A DNA stretch of 64,000 bases from Lama glama (GCA_028534125.1 CM052817.1:90522001-90586000); one strand, 5' to 3'. Shown: positions 38,661 to 52,420, counted from the first letter of the stretch. Notes: generated by a model not told the origin, from the sequence alone. Made by a program: numbers and translations.

Positions 38661-41600
38661 CAGGAATGACGTCAGCAAGATGGAGGGCTGGGAGGTCCCA
38701 ACGCTTACCTACTCCCCCCAAAATAAACAAACAGAAAAAACCCCAAGAGCAATGAACAGCTACAAATGGAAGAAAACAGTTCAGGGAAAGCTCTAAACGA
38801 CACAGAAGCAGCAGCAAAAAAACCCCAGCGGAGCTCACCAGTCAAGGATGGCCGCGTAGGAAAGTAAAGGAAGTATTCTGCCCACATCGTCCCATCTCCC
38901 AGTTAAGAGCTGCTGGGCACCAGGAGGGATCCTCTCAGAGGAAGTCCATGACACGGGGAGAAGGAGAGCAGCAGGACCACAGCAAGCCTCACCATTTCGG
39001 TTGTCTGCAGCTTTTGGTACAGAGGGCTCTCAGTCTTCAGTGATGCTGACCCTAGCTGATGGAGTGGCCTGTGGTGCCCCAACCTCCTCTGGACTACTCC
39101 CAGAGGCTGGGGCTGTTGCTGAGGTGAGACCTGCCCTGAGGGGGCCCAGTGTTTCTGTGCCCCACTCTCATGGACTGAGTACCACAGTCCATTACCATAT
39201 ATGAGACCAGAGGTGCGACCGCTCTTTGCCTACCCACAGCCCCAGGATGGGGCCTTGCTCCACCATTAACAAGGCAACTTCCCTGACCAGAGTCCTGCCT
39301 CCAGGGTCCCAAGTCATGCTTTGGCTGCCATTATTGGGGCTGTGCTATTGCCTTGTGCCCCAACCCCCATGCCAGGTCAAGACTCAGAACTGTCATTGCT
39401 GAGATGAGTTCTTACTGCCCTGAGTCCTGCCTCAAAGGTCCCAGTCCTGGTTCTGACTGCCAGACATACTGCCCCTGCCCTGAACCTCACCTCTCCCTCG
39501 CCATGCCAGGTGGCACCTCTGAATTGTCGTTACTAGGGCCTTGCTGCCACTACTCTGTGCCCAGTTCCCTGAATCCCAACTCATAGCTTTAACAAACTAC
39601 TGGAGTTGGACTATTCTCCTGTGTGTGTTCCCAGGGGGCTAGAGTTGAGACTGACCCACCATCGCCAGGTTGTGCTACTACTGCACTCTGCCTTCTGGGC
39701 CCAAGCCACCACTGCACCGTCATCCCAAGACCCTTGTCACTGCTGTACAGTGACACCAGCACGAGTCACAGCAGTGAGCCCTTGAGACCCGGGTACCAGT
39801 TCCATCGGCACATGTCCGCATTCTAGACACCCGTGTCGCAGTCACAGCAAGGGCACCTATGCTCCATGACCCTGGCACTGTGATAGTTCCATGTGTGCCT
39901 GATCCTAGGACCCCAGTTCCAAAACTCCTCTCAGTGTCAGCACATCAGACCAGGCACTAAGAGGGGTCTCCTCAGCTAGAGCTTCCTCCTATGTGCAAAA
40001 AAAGAAGAGGAGAGCAAGAAGACCCCAGCAGCCTCAGCCTCTGAAAATCCTAGTAGCCCTACCTGCCACTGCAACCTGCAGGTCCTCTGTAGCCTTAGCC
40101 ATAACAGTGTGGCCAATTTCAGCATCAGCCAATGGAGTGGCATGGAGACTACATCACTGTGCTTCCTCAGGAATCAAAGACACTGCATCCCACCCAGCAG
40201 GTGCTCCTACATCCACCTCTGGGGGGAAGTCTTTCCCTACTGGAGCCAGTCTGAAAAGACTGGAAGAGGTTACTACACCTTCTAATGCACAGGCATCAAT
40301 CAGAAACATGAAAAAGCAAGGAAAGATGACATCACCAAAGGAACGCAATATTACTCCAGTAACTGATCCTAAGGAAGTGGAGATCTGTGTTATCTGAAAA
40401 ATAATTCAAAAGAATGATTTGAAGGCAGCTCAGCAATATTCAAGAGAACACAAATAGATAAACTAAGGAACTCAGGAAACAATATACAAACAAAACGGGA
40501 AATTCAACAAAGAAATAGAAATCATAAAAACAACCAATCAGAAATTCTGGAGATGAAGAATACAATGAATGAAATGAAAAAATGTGATAGCTTCAACAGT
40601 AGGCTCCATCAGGCAAAAGAAAGAATCTGTGACCTTCAAGACAGATCTCTTGATATTATCCAGACAGAGGAGAATAAAGAAACTAGAGCAAAAGAATGAA
40701 GGAAGCCTACATGAACCATGGAACATGATCAAGAGAAACAACATCCATATTACGGGAGTCCCAGAAGGAGAAGAGAAGGAGAAAGGTCCAGAAAACTTAT
40801 TTTAAAACACAGTATCTGAAAACGCTAATCTGGGAAGAGATATAGCCATCTAAGTACAGGAAGCTCAAAGATCCCCAAACAGATTCAACCCAAAGAGATC
40901 TTCACTGAGATGCATTAAAAGAAAGCTCTCAAAAATCAAAGACAAAGAGGAAATTTTAAAAGTAGCAAGAGAAAAAAGAATCATCACATATGAGGGAATC
41001 CTGATCAGGCTATCAGGAGATTTCTCAGCAGAAATTTGACAGATGATATATTCAAAGTGTTCAAAGGAAAAAATTCCCATCAAGAATACTTTACTAGAAA
41101 AGCTGTCAGATAGCACTGAAGGAGATAAAGACTTTCTAAGACAAAAAAAAGGTGAGAGAATTTGTAGCCATTAGACCTGCCCTACAAGAAATGCTAAAAG
41201 GAGTTCTTTAAGCTGAAATAAAAACATGCTAATCAGTAACATGAAAATATATGAAAGTTGAAGAAGAGGGAATGCTTCCAAACTCATTTTGTGAGCAGTA
41301 CCCTGATACTAAATCCAGACAAAGACACTATAAGAAAATAGTATTACAGACCAATATCCCTGATGAATATAGATGCCAAAATTCTCAACAAAATATTAGC
41401 AATCCAAATTCAACAGTACATTAAACAGATCATTTGCCATGATCAAGTGGGATTTATCTCTGGAATGCAAGGATGCATTCTAGTACTAGAAGTTCTAGCC
41501 AGAGCAATTAGGCAGAAAAAGAAATAAAAGGTATCCATATCAGAAAGGAAGAAGTAAAATGATCTCTGTTCAACAATGACATGATTTTATATACAGAAAG

Positions 41601-43589
41601 CCCCAAAGACCATTAAAAAACTGTTAGAACTAATAAATGAATTCAATAAAATTACAGGATAGAAAATCAACATACAGAAATTAGTTGTATTTCTATACAT
41701 TAACAATATATAATAATGAATTAGCTGAAAGAGAATTTAGAAAACAAACCCATTTATAATAGTATCAAAAATTAAAATGTCTTAATCAGGAAGTTTAATC
41801 AGGGAGGTGAAAAACATACACAAAGAGCTTTAACACTTTAATGAAAGAAACTGAAGAAGACTCTAGCCAATAGAAAGATATCCTGTGTTCCGAGGTTGGA
41901 AGAAGTAATGTGAAAATGTCCATATGACCCAAAGTGATCTAGAGGTTCAATGCAATCCCAATCCCAATTCCAATGACATTTTTCACAGAAATAGCAGAAA
42001 ATCACTCTAAAGTTTGTTTGTAACCACAAAGTAATCCTAAGAAAGAAGGACAAAGCTGGTGGCATTCCAATATCTGATTTCAAGCTATCTTACAAAGTTA
42101 TAGTAATCAAAACAGTATGGTACTGGCATAAAAGCAGGCATATAGATAAGTGGAACAGAATGGAGAGCCCAGACCATACATATAGTGCACTAACAAGGGT
42201 GCCAAGAACACACAATAGGAAGGACAGTTTCTTCAATAAATGGTAACTGGGAAAACTAGATGCATTCTACATGCAAAAGAATGAAACCGAACTCCTATTT
42301 TACACTCACAAAAATTAAGTTGAAATGGATCAAAGATTTAAATGTAAGATCTAAAACCATAAATCTCCTAGAAGAAAACATAAGGGAAAGATCCTTGATA
42401 TTGGTCTAGGAAATAATTGCTTGGGTAAGTCACCAGAAGCACAGGCAACAAAAACTAAAATAAACTATGACTACATTAAACTAAAAAGCTTCTGCACAGC
42501 AAATAATCCAAAAATTAAAAAGACAACCTGAAGAATGGGAGAAAATATTTGCAAACCATACATCTGATAAGGGACTACAATCCAAAAATATATAAAGAAT
42601 TCACAAGTCAATAGCCAAAGAGAAGATAATCTAATTTAAAAATTGACAAAAGACCTCAATAGATATTTTTCCAAACAAGATACACAAATGGCCAACAGGT
42701 GCATGCAAAGATGTTCAACATCAATAATCATCAGGAAAATGCAAATCAAAACCATAATAAAATATCACCTTCACCTGTTAGGATGGCTTTTATCAAAAAG
42801 ATGAAAGCTAACAAATGGTGAGGATGTGGAGGAAAAGGAATATTTATACACTGTTGGTGGGAATGTGAATCAGTACAGCCAATGTGGAAAACAGAACGGT
42901 GGTTCCTCAAAATCTTAAAAATTGAACTACCATATGATCTAGCCATCCCATTCCTAGGTACGTATCCAAAGGAATTGAAATCAGTATCTCAGATGTACAC
43001 CCATGCTCATTCACTGTAGCATCACTAACAGCCAAGATAAGGAAACAGCTTAAATGTCCATCAACAGAAGAATGCAAAAAGAAGATATAGTACGTATACC
43101 ACATCTGGAATATTACTCAGCCATAAGAAAGAAAGAAATCCTGTCATTTGCAACAACATGGGTGGACCTGGAAGACATTATGCTAAGTGACATAAGTCAG
43201 AGACAAATACTGTATGATACTATGTGTGGAATCTAAAAAAAACTGAAGTTATGAAAACAGAGGGGACTGGTGGTCACCAGAGGCTAGAAGGTGGGGAAAT
43301 TAAAGAGATGTTGTTTAGGGGTATAAACTTACAATCAATAAATAAATAAATTCTGGAGCTCTAAATCAATAACATTTATTTAATAAGGCTCTATTATAAA
43401 AGTTGCTAAGAGACTAAATCTTAACTGTTCTTGATAAGAACAAAAGAAATGATAAATATGTGACATGATAAGGCATTAGCTAATGCTAATATAGTATCAT
43501 ATTGCAATAAATAAACATGTCAAGTCAATACATCTTATATCTTAAACAATGTTATGTATCAACTATACCTCAAAAAATTAATAAATAAA
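38661..43589 (+). mobile_element. Near full-length degraded L1 (L1MA-like) in intron 11, antisense to SLC7A11, with ORF2 deletions
   Basis: 5' end 'tgacgtcagcaagatgg', ~1.6 kb 5'UTR, ORF1 remnants ~40308-41230 (NMKKQGKMTSPKE; IKRNNIHITGVPEGEEKEKG), ORF2 RT to C-terminal remnants ~41258-43200, 3'UTR and A-rich tail. Many stops and frameshifts. Confidence 0.95.
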
Positions 43590-43609
43590 GAATGAGGGAT
43601 TTGCACTAG

Positions 43610-43778
43610 AATACTGATTCTCAAAGTATAATCCCCAGGCCAGCAACATTACAATCACCTGAGATATAAGAAATGCAGTTTTTCAAGCCCCATTCTAGAC
43701 ATACTGAATTAGAAACTGAAGGTAGGTCCCAGAGACCTGTCATTCTGACAGACACTAAAATGTCTGAACCCCAGGGCT
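43610..43778. mobile_element. MER5A-like hAT MITE
   Basis: ttctcaaagt...ccagcaacatt...cacctgag...agaaatgcag...ctgaattagaaact. Confidence 0.7.
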
Positions 43779-44580
43779 TGACAACTTCTAAGGTCATTTT
43801 ATCTGGGCAGTCTTAGAACCTGTGACTCTTGTTTCCTGAGATACTAGTTCTTGTCCACCTCTTGTCTTTGTAATCAGTCCCTACAGAACCTCTGCAGCCC
43901 CCAAGCATCTATCGTCTTGATGGTTTCAGACCCATATCATCTCTCATCCAGACACGCCACCTTTTTTCCTCTTTTATGACTTGTCATCTGTGGTAGTCCC
44001 TTTCCAGCAATATTTAACACCACTAAAAAAGGTATGTTTTTCACCCTTTACAACAGTGTTCCCTGAAGTTGTTTTCGTCAGCATACTAATTTTTATAACA
44101 TACATTCATTATAAAGGACCTACCACAATTTTGTTAAGTGGTAAACTATATGTAAATATTCCTTGAATAAATTATATTCTGTCACAGTCCACCCTACATT
44201 GAGATGTATGTGGAGCACAGGGGAACACTCAGGAGTGACACAAGTTCACGTTTACGGAGAAGGGAAGTGATCAAATTATTCTAGAAAAATAGAATGTGGA
44301 AAAAGGAAATATCAATCAACAGCCAGGGAGATGTGGCTTTTGCAGGCAGAGAAAGAGCTAGGGCTACCTGAGAGGTTGAAACAACAAGAGGTCTGCCAGG
44401 GTCAGATGCAAAGCAGTGGCATTAAACTGACAGACTTTGCAGCCCCTCCTCTGGAGAAGTCCTGCCGTAGTTACCTGAACTCATCTCCACAACTCCTGCC
44501 TTTCTTGAGTGTGTGTGTGTGTAACTATTCATGCATTGGTCTACCAAGATTTCTCTTTTTTTCCCCTATAACTGTCTTTT

Positions 44581-44878
44581 TATTGAAATATAGTCAGTTT
44601 ACAATGTGTCAATTTCTGGTGTGCAGCATAATGTTTCAGTCATACGTATACATACATATATTCCTTTTTCTATTCTTTTTCATTCTAAGTTACTCCAAGA
44701 TATTGAATATAGTTCCCTATACTACACACAGTAGAAACTTGTTGTTTATCTATTTTATATATAGTAGTTAGTATCTACAAATCCTGAACTCCCAATTTAT
44801 CCCTTCCCACCTCCTTCCCCTCTGGTAACCAGCAGTTTGTTTTCTTTGTCTGTGAGTCTGTTTCTGTTTTGTAAATAC
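44581..44878 (-). mobile_element. 5'-truncated L1 3' end, artiodactyl type, with TSD
   Basis: Same family as 5677-5977 in reverse. TSD aactgYctttt at 44570-44580 and 44879-44889. Confidence 0.88.
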
Positions 44879-47800
44879 AACTGCCTTTTATATGCAGCAT
44901 CTGTTCCTCCATGTCCATAACAAAAGCCTTTTCCAAAAGCGTGTTTGGTATTCTGGAGCAAGCCCCTCCCCAGGGCCCTTTGCTTTCTTAGACATCTGAC
45001 TTTACCCAGGTCACAACACTGCATGGGTTCCAGACAGAGGGAGAGCCACTTAAGAGACCCTGTTAATTCCCTCGTGCCACGTTCCTCTTCCAGACAGCTC
45101 ACTTTGGATCTTCTATTCAAGAGCACATTGGGGCCCAGGAATCTCTCTTCTGGTTCTACATATGCAGTCCCTTCTTTGCCCTCATGGTTCACCAGCTCTG
45201 ATGACAGTCTCTCCTGTGGCTTTCTTATGCTCCCTCTTGGGATCTCGAGATTTAAATAATTTTCGTAACGGAGGTTTGAGCAGAGTGATTGATTTTGGCT
45301 CTGAGTAGCTGCTGGAGTCATGCCAACTTTTCCTCCCAGGCTATCTCCAGCCATGGGGCCAGGCAGGGGTGCTCAGCAGACCCAAGTAAGCCTCTGAGGA
45401 AGCTTCCTGCTTGTCTAGGAAAACTTCAGATCATGTGGCCTGCAACTACATCTCTAGTCATATAAGGCCTTTGGCTTTGGGGACAACCAGCCCCCTGATA
45501 ATATTTCTCTAAATAAAGTTGAGCCATTGAATCTCATTTGTTGTCTTTAGTTAGGTAAGCTGTAAGACCAGATAGCCACTGCAGTGTTTCTAGCTTTGCT
45601 TTTCATGTTCTGCAATTGTTCCTGAAATCAGCTGAAACAACTACTGACCTTGCAAAATCTGATTTATCCAATCACACCGGTATGAGCACAGGAACTACAG
45701 CCAGAATTGAATGAGCCTGTGAAGTCTGAGCACAAAACGAATCTTTCCCAGAAATCACAATAAGAATAAATAGTATCTGTTTTTGTTTTTTTTTTTTAAA
45801 CCTTCACAACCTCTTCCCATGCATGGTCTCATTTTACCTTACCATGAAGATGATTTGGACTCCTAACAAATGTAGGCAAGCTTAACTCATTTAAAACATT
45901 GCACGCAGTCTCCCTGAAAAGGTTGTCAAATGTATTCATTCAGCAGCTTTCAGGGAAGCATCATTAACGAACTTATCATGACACACTGTATGCAGTACAT
46001 GCTTTTGGGACTCTGGTTCTTCTGCAAAATTGCTGTCCACGACGATGCACTGTAGTCATTCTGCCTGTGCTGCCCAGTACAATTCTTCATAACTAAAGAT
46101 TTTGTTTAAATACAGCTGTCCTCCGTATCTTGCCCTGAGCCAGAGGGACCAGCTCCCAGCCTCTCCTATGAACTCTCAGCTGTGACGGGCTTTGGCTGAT
46201 CCAGAGAGGCAGCCAAGTAAATCGGCTGCTGTGAGCCGGGGTCGGGCAGGTCTAGCTCTCTCCACGCATTTGAGTCTGTCAGTGGGGTATCTGCCCCATT
46301 TCCCTTGGGTGGGAAGCTCGTGTTTCTACAAATAAATAAATAAATAAAGAGCGATCCAGAAGAATTAAGCACTCTGTCACAGATGGTGGGAAAAAAGCTT
46401 TCTGCGTATCCTATTCCCTTAAAAGCACATTTTCTTCTCTTCCTAGGGATGCTATCAAACAAAACGTGGTTCAATACTGGCATCCTGTGGCCAGAGAAAT
46501 TCATCAAATCTCTGAAACTTGCAGCTCCTCGGGCTCTAATGCATTCTCTGGCTATCTGAACTCAGCAAGCTGGCTCCGTTTTCTGAATGCTGTTCAGTGA
46601 CCTTGCGTCTTTTTAATGGAAGCGCCCCAGGTAAGATGTATTTTGATAAACTATCATTTCACAGGCCTGATCTGTTCATGTATAGTAGGGTGAAGATAAG
46701 TGATCATATCGAGGCTGAAGAATGTTCCCCCACTAAACAATCTGAGGGTAAATCTGAGCACATTGCTTCAAGCAGAGGCTCCCTGCCCTCCAAGTTCACA
46801 CTGAGTTTCTCCTAACAACACAGAGGTGGTGGGGCGAAGAGGCGAGGTGGGGTTCAGGACTCTGCTGTGTGGTGTGTCTGTGTGTGTGTGTTTTGTTTTG
46901 GCCAAAGGCTATGAAATACTTGCTACTGCTGCAATAAATATGAATTTTCTTTATTTTACTCCAAGAATGCTGCCTAAGAGGAAAATCAAACAAAATTACG
47001 GAGGAGTGCTGCTTTTTGCAAACTCACTTTCAAGGCAGCTATAAAGATAAAGGGTTACAATGATCGCAGTTTAAAGGCAGAATTGCCATGCTCCCTGGTA
47101 AGACTCAATGGCATTGTCGAAAACCAAATAACCATTATGGGATCACTGCATTGCTGCCACTTTCGCAAATAGCTAACACTAAATTTGGAGTCCTTGGAGA
47201 TGTTCAAAGTGTCATTGGAGACAGAAAAATAACAGAAAACTTCAAAATTACGTGAGCATGGAAAAACACCAAAGAAGGAGCAAGTGGAAAACCTGTAGTG
47301 GATATATACTAGCAAAGAAAGGGGACAAAATACGCACATGTTAGCAAAAGGGAAGAATTTTTAGAGTTGGCTGACTACCAACAGGAGGGCCAAAAAGCCG
47401 CACAAGTGGGAAAGAATAAGGAATCTGTTCTTTTATCGTGCTCTCTCTCACTGTAGTCCACCTCCAGGGCTAGCTCTTTCTTCCTAAATCCTCGTGGTTT
47501 TCCACACGCTCTGGGGTTTTAATTATCTCCTAGCCAGGATCTGAGATTGACACAAACCTCACAGTTTTGAGTACTAATCTGCCCTGAACATCGGTAATGA
47601 GCAATCCTAATGATAAATACTGTTTAACAAGCCTTGTTTTTTGTGTTTGTGTGTTTGTTTACAGAAAAGGCTCTTTATTTAGTGCCTACAATAGAGAAAA
47701 CATAACTAGAAACATTCTACCAAAAAAACTGGTGTGATTTAACAAGAAACAGACATTAAATTCCCTGCTAGGCAACCAGCGTGCCTGTGTTAGCCTTAAA

Positions 47801-48734
47801 GAAACTAATTTTTATAGTAATGCTTCTTTGGGGAACAGTGTTGCCAGCTAGGAAATGAAATTCGTGTACAAATAGTAGCATAAGGTCTAAAGATACCAAA
47901 TATCAATTAAAAGCTCAGAAAGAGTAGTAGCAGAAGTCTATTTTAAATGACCAGCTTCTAAGTGAGTTTGTGCAGCACACTAGAGATGCAGTATGTCTAC
48001 AAAGTTGGGTTTTGTTTTTCTATTTTTAGTAACACTGACATTATTTATTAATAATTTTACCAGCAATCTCCCTGAACGTTTTACTGGGCTTTTAAACATT
48101 AATGATGGTAAAGTCAGTAAATTAAAATGAATGAGAAGAAGAGTTGATCTTCAAATTCACCAAACTCACCAGTAAGAACATATCTGCTCCTCTGGATATA
48201 TTTTTTAACCTCTCTCTCTCTTCCCTCAGGCACCCAATCTAAAAAGAGCATGAATCTGAAGTCCAGCAGATGTGGGTTCACATCCAAGCCCAATGGTTTA
48301 AAATCTACACACTCAAAAATAAATTCCCATCTCCCTGAGCCCTGGTTTTCCCAATAAACCAACTCACACGTGGGTCTCGTGGAGGACTGAATGAGATGAT
48401 GATGTAAGAGTAGGATCTTGCTTGGAAGAGCCCCTGACCGCGGGAGAGGCCTTCAGCAGAGGCTTTTCTAAAGCATCCTTCCTACTTATTAATTTCCTGT
48501 ATTTTCTCCTCTTCCAACTCACCTGGTCACCAAGCTCTGTTGGTTTTTCTTCTTTACTGTCTCTCACTTTCTCTCGGGCCCTGCCAACATTCCCTGTGTT
48601 CAGGCTCTCCTCAGTTCTTGTAGAATTACTGGGGTAACCACCAATCTCTAGTCTCCAGAAGCCTCGTGCTCTCTAATCCATCCTCATTGTCTCCCCACCA
48701 CGACGACTTTTATAAAGTACCAAAGTGCCTCAGT

Positions 48735-48922
48735 TTGAATTCTAGGCCTTCTCTGTACTATCTGCAGGACTTGGAGTACGTCACGTGGATTCTCCCTCAC
48801 CAGAACTCAAAACCTACGAAACGGGGCTCATGCTTCCTACCTCGGAAAGTTGTTTGAAGGATTAAATAAGGTCATATATGGGCTAATACACAGAAATCAC
48901 TCAATAACTCTGAGCTGTTATT
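48735..48922 (+). mobile_element. MIR SINE fragment
   Basis: tttgaattctaggc...cctacctcggaaagttgtttgaaggattaaataag...ctcaataac...agctgttatt. Confidence 0.65.
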
Positions 48923-49410
48923 CTCCTTGTCTTGTTCTTACTGTTCTTATGACCCCCAGTGAGTCACCAATAGGGTAGTGTTACACTCATGATATTTAAG
49001 ATTTTTGCAGGCTCTGCCTAACTCCCCACCAAATCTCATATCACTCATCAAAGTGTATGTTATCATATAGAATCAATAAACTGCGTTCAACCCAGAATAA
49101 AAATAATCAGGTTAGTAAGGGAATCAGAAGAACAATTAAGTCAGTTACAGAACTGCTGATGAAATTCTACCTAAAAATTAACTGAAGCAACTCAAACTAA
49201 ATATACTGAAAGGATTCAGTGGCCCAACCCTAAACATCCTTCCTGCCTTTTCTTCTACCAGTTTTAATTAGAAAGCAGGAATGTATTCAAACTAGCAATT
49301 TCCCCACTGGTATTTTCAAACTTTAAGGTATGAGTGTGGCAGATGTACACAGAGATGAGTTTTCTACAGCCTGGTTTCTCGAAGGTCCAGAAACCGGTTA
49401 AAAGTCTTAC

Positions 49411-49588
49411 CTGACATTCTTCTAAACCACTTAGGTTTCTTGTCCCATATAATAAAGAGATAGTAGGCAGGGACCCCGGTCAGAGTGATGATGAAACCAA
49501 TCCCTGTACTAAATGGGTCCGAATAAAGGGAAAGGGCGACCATGAAGAGACACGTGAAGGAAAACAAGGCTGGGATGAACAGCGGCAC
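49411..49588 (-). CDS. SLC7A11: SLC7A11 coding exon (exon 11), 178 bp
   Basis: [59 protein letters not shown] within ORF 49364..49600. CAG acceptor, GTAAGA donor. Confidence 0.98.
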
Positions 49589-50808
49589 CTGGAACAACAC
49601 AGATGAAAATCATTTCAAAGAGGGTCCAAGAGGAGCCCGTCAGTCACGTGATCAGGTGATAATGCTTTGGTCATGTGACCAGGTGACAGGCACCATCCTA
49701 TCTTACTGCAGTTAGTACCAAAATCTCTTGCACAGGGCACAGAGAATGTATTCAACATATTCCTTTAAATTTTCAACAAAATCTTTGGCAAGAACAAAAT
49801 CTAAGGATAAATAAGTATATTTCATTCAAGATGTTCTGTTTGAATTATTTTCCTCATTAAGTACCATTATGATTTATGGTTTGGATTTTAAAAGATTGGT
49901 TCTTTGGTCATGATGATTAGAATCCACTTTAATGGAGAGCCAAGAGCACGGGCTGCTTGTTACACATTAAAGCCTTTCAGTGCATATTGATTTTCTGTTG
50001 GAGACTCACAAGACGACCCAACAGGGATAAAACAGGCCAACTCCTATTCAACCACTAATAAAGATGTCGCCAGCATTAGGCAATGAATATAATTAGAAAG
50101 AAATTCTGACAACATGACTGCCAACATTATCTGTGTTATTTCTTAAAAGCAAATAAAAAGTGAGGTCAAATCAATCCCTGAACATTCACGGCTGAAGGTG
50201 ACGAGAAACATATTCGTCAGCTCTCCTGAAAGGAAATGCTTCATTATGGCAAATGGACATTCTATTAAGTGGTAAATTCAAACAGCTTCGCCTTCCCCGG
50301 ACACTTCACATTTCTATTCCTTCTGGAGTGTACCATGCAGAAAAAAGGCCATGTAATAAGTCATAACATTTAAGAATACTTAAAATGCCACTTCCTAAAG
50401 CAGCAGCCTTTTTAGAGTTTTAATCAGTGAGGATTCCACACGAATCTGCCTCACTCTCAGCGTGGCTGCCACAACTATTCAGCTTAAAGAAAGAAGCATC
50501 CCAGACCTTGAGCAGATCAGGTCGTCAGACACATTTACAAAAAATCCACATAACGAACATTGTATATTAACACCCCCACTTTCCAAAACATGACGTGCAA
50601 AGTTCAGTCCCTCGCTTGAACAAGTGGGTGAACTATTTTTCCAAACTAAAATAAATCCAATATAAAGGCACTACCTGCAAGAGTTAAACATTTTATTCCA
50701 GAGGGATGCTGTCCTCCACCCAAGCTCCACATCATCAAGTTATGACACAGGGAGGACTGGGTGTTAGGAGGAAGATTTATGTAAACCCGTCAAGATCGCT
50801 GAAGTTAC

Positions 50809-50958
50809 CTTGAAAGGACGATGCATATCTGGGCGTTTGTATCGAAGATAAATCAGCCCAGCAACCGCCAGCCCAATAAAAAGCCACCTGGCAAAACTGA
50901 GGAAATTCAAGAGACTGTAGAGGTCCCCAGAGAAGAGCATTATCATTGTCAAAGGGTG
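50809..50958 (-). CDS. SLC7A11: SLC7A11 coding exon (exon 10), 150 bp
   Basis: [50 protein letters not shown] within ORF 50764..50985. Polypyrimidine tract plus CAG acceptor, GTAACT donor. Confidence 0.98.
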
Positions 50959-52420
50959 CTGAGGGGAAGGAAGAGAAAAATACACTCAGTGAGTTAAAAG
51001 AGAACACAGGTGATCACAAGTACTAACATCGCTACACATCCTTATTATCCTTTCAAATGATTATTTATAAAGATAAACTGCCATCATGATTAAAAACTTA
51101 TATTCAACTAACCCTCAGCTATATCCTGCTCTGGTATTCTCTCACACACAAATACGGATGCTTTATTCTTAGTAGTTTTTCATTTGAGTTAAGAGAATAT
51201 GTTTCCAAAGAATGAAAACACAGGATACGTAATGACTGAAAATGTAAAGACTCAGAGATTGAGATGATTAATAAATAACCAACAATAAAAAGCAAAAGTG
51301 CATCCAATTAAAAAATTTGCAGAACGCTCTGCAGATGGTTTCTGATGAGCTCTTGGCTATGCACACACAGGATATACAGCCACTTCGAGGTGACTCTGTG
51401 GTCGCCTGAATGCAAAATGTTGACCTTTTCTTCCTCGACACTTACTCTCCCGGTGTGCTTGCCACGTGTGACCCTCGAGACCGCGGAAAAGAAGGGAGTG
51501 CAGAGATCAGCATAGCAAGTCCCTACAGCTGCACATACCAAGGATGGCATGACTGATAGTGGAGGCTTAAAATGAAAGCCCTCTGCACCCAGTAATACAT
51601 TCTGTTCCCACCAGTGATGTAAACGTCCAGATTCCACACAGAGAGTACTCATACCTTACAAAGAAATTTCAAGGAAACATTTTGAAACAAATTAAGTGCA
51701 TGGGAAAAAAAGTGTCAGATGCATTCTATGGCACTCCTGACAGCAGATTCCATTTGAGAAAAATGTTACAAAATGGTAGGTAAAAATGAATGTAACGTTG
51801 CCAATGGGGATTTGAGGACTTTTACACCTCACTGTCTTTCATATCTCACATTTCACAATACTTTTCTCTGCACAAAGAATTCTACAACTCAAATTTAAGT
51901 GTTGGGGCTTTTATTTCTTCCCTTTGGGGTTGCTCTCCAAAGTTGCTCTCACCTTTAATCACAAAATCACTGCACTGTCTAGGATTTCATCGGCTTTTTC
52001 TATAATTTTGTATGCATTTCATTATAAGGGGCCTGGGATGAGACATCTGGGTATTTGGGGACTGTAGTACTTAGCTCCACTTTCAGTAAGTGGAGTTGGG
52101 ACTCATTACAACCTTTTCAGCGAGGCTATATATCAATGACAGGAGCCAAGGTAATCATTTCCTTTCAATTTCACAAATTTCTACAAAGGTAAAAAACAAG
52201 TGATGTGGCGATTGCCCCAAAGCATCAAATATGTATCAGAAATACTGGATAAAGGCAAGCGATGGAAAACATCCTGCCTCTCCAACTCTACCAAGACACA
52301 TATACAGCCAATTCAGCAATGAAGGAGAACACAAAGCACTATCCAAGGTCAAGTTTGAAATCCTCTTTGCTAACCTGTTCTTCGAGGCTCTATCTAGATC
52401 TACTTGTTAATATGCATTAC

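Noticed and set aside
40308..43200. L1 ORF1/ORF2 as an active retrotransposon or domesticated gene
   Set aside because: Many stops and frameshifts; endonuclease domain deleted.
44797..45354. Longest ORF in the window (185 aa, sense to SLC7A11)
   Set aside because: Its 3' end runs into an L1 3'UTR fragment, no recognisable domain, no convincing splice context.
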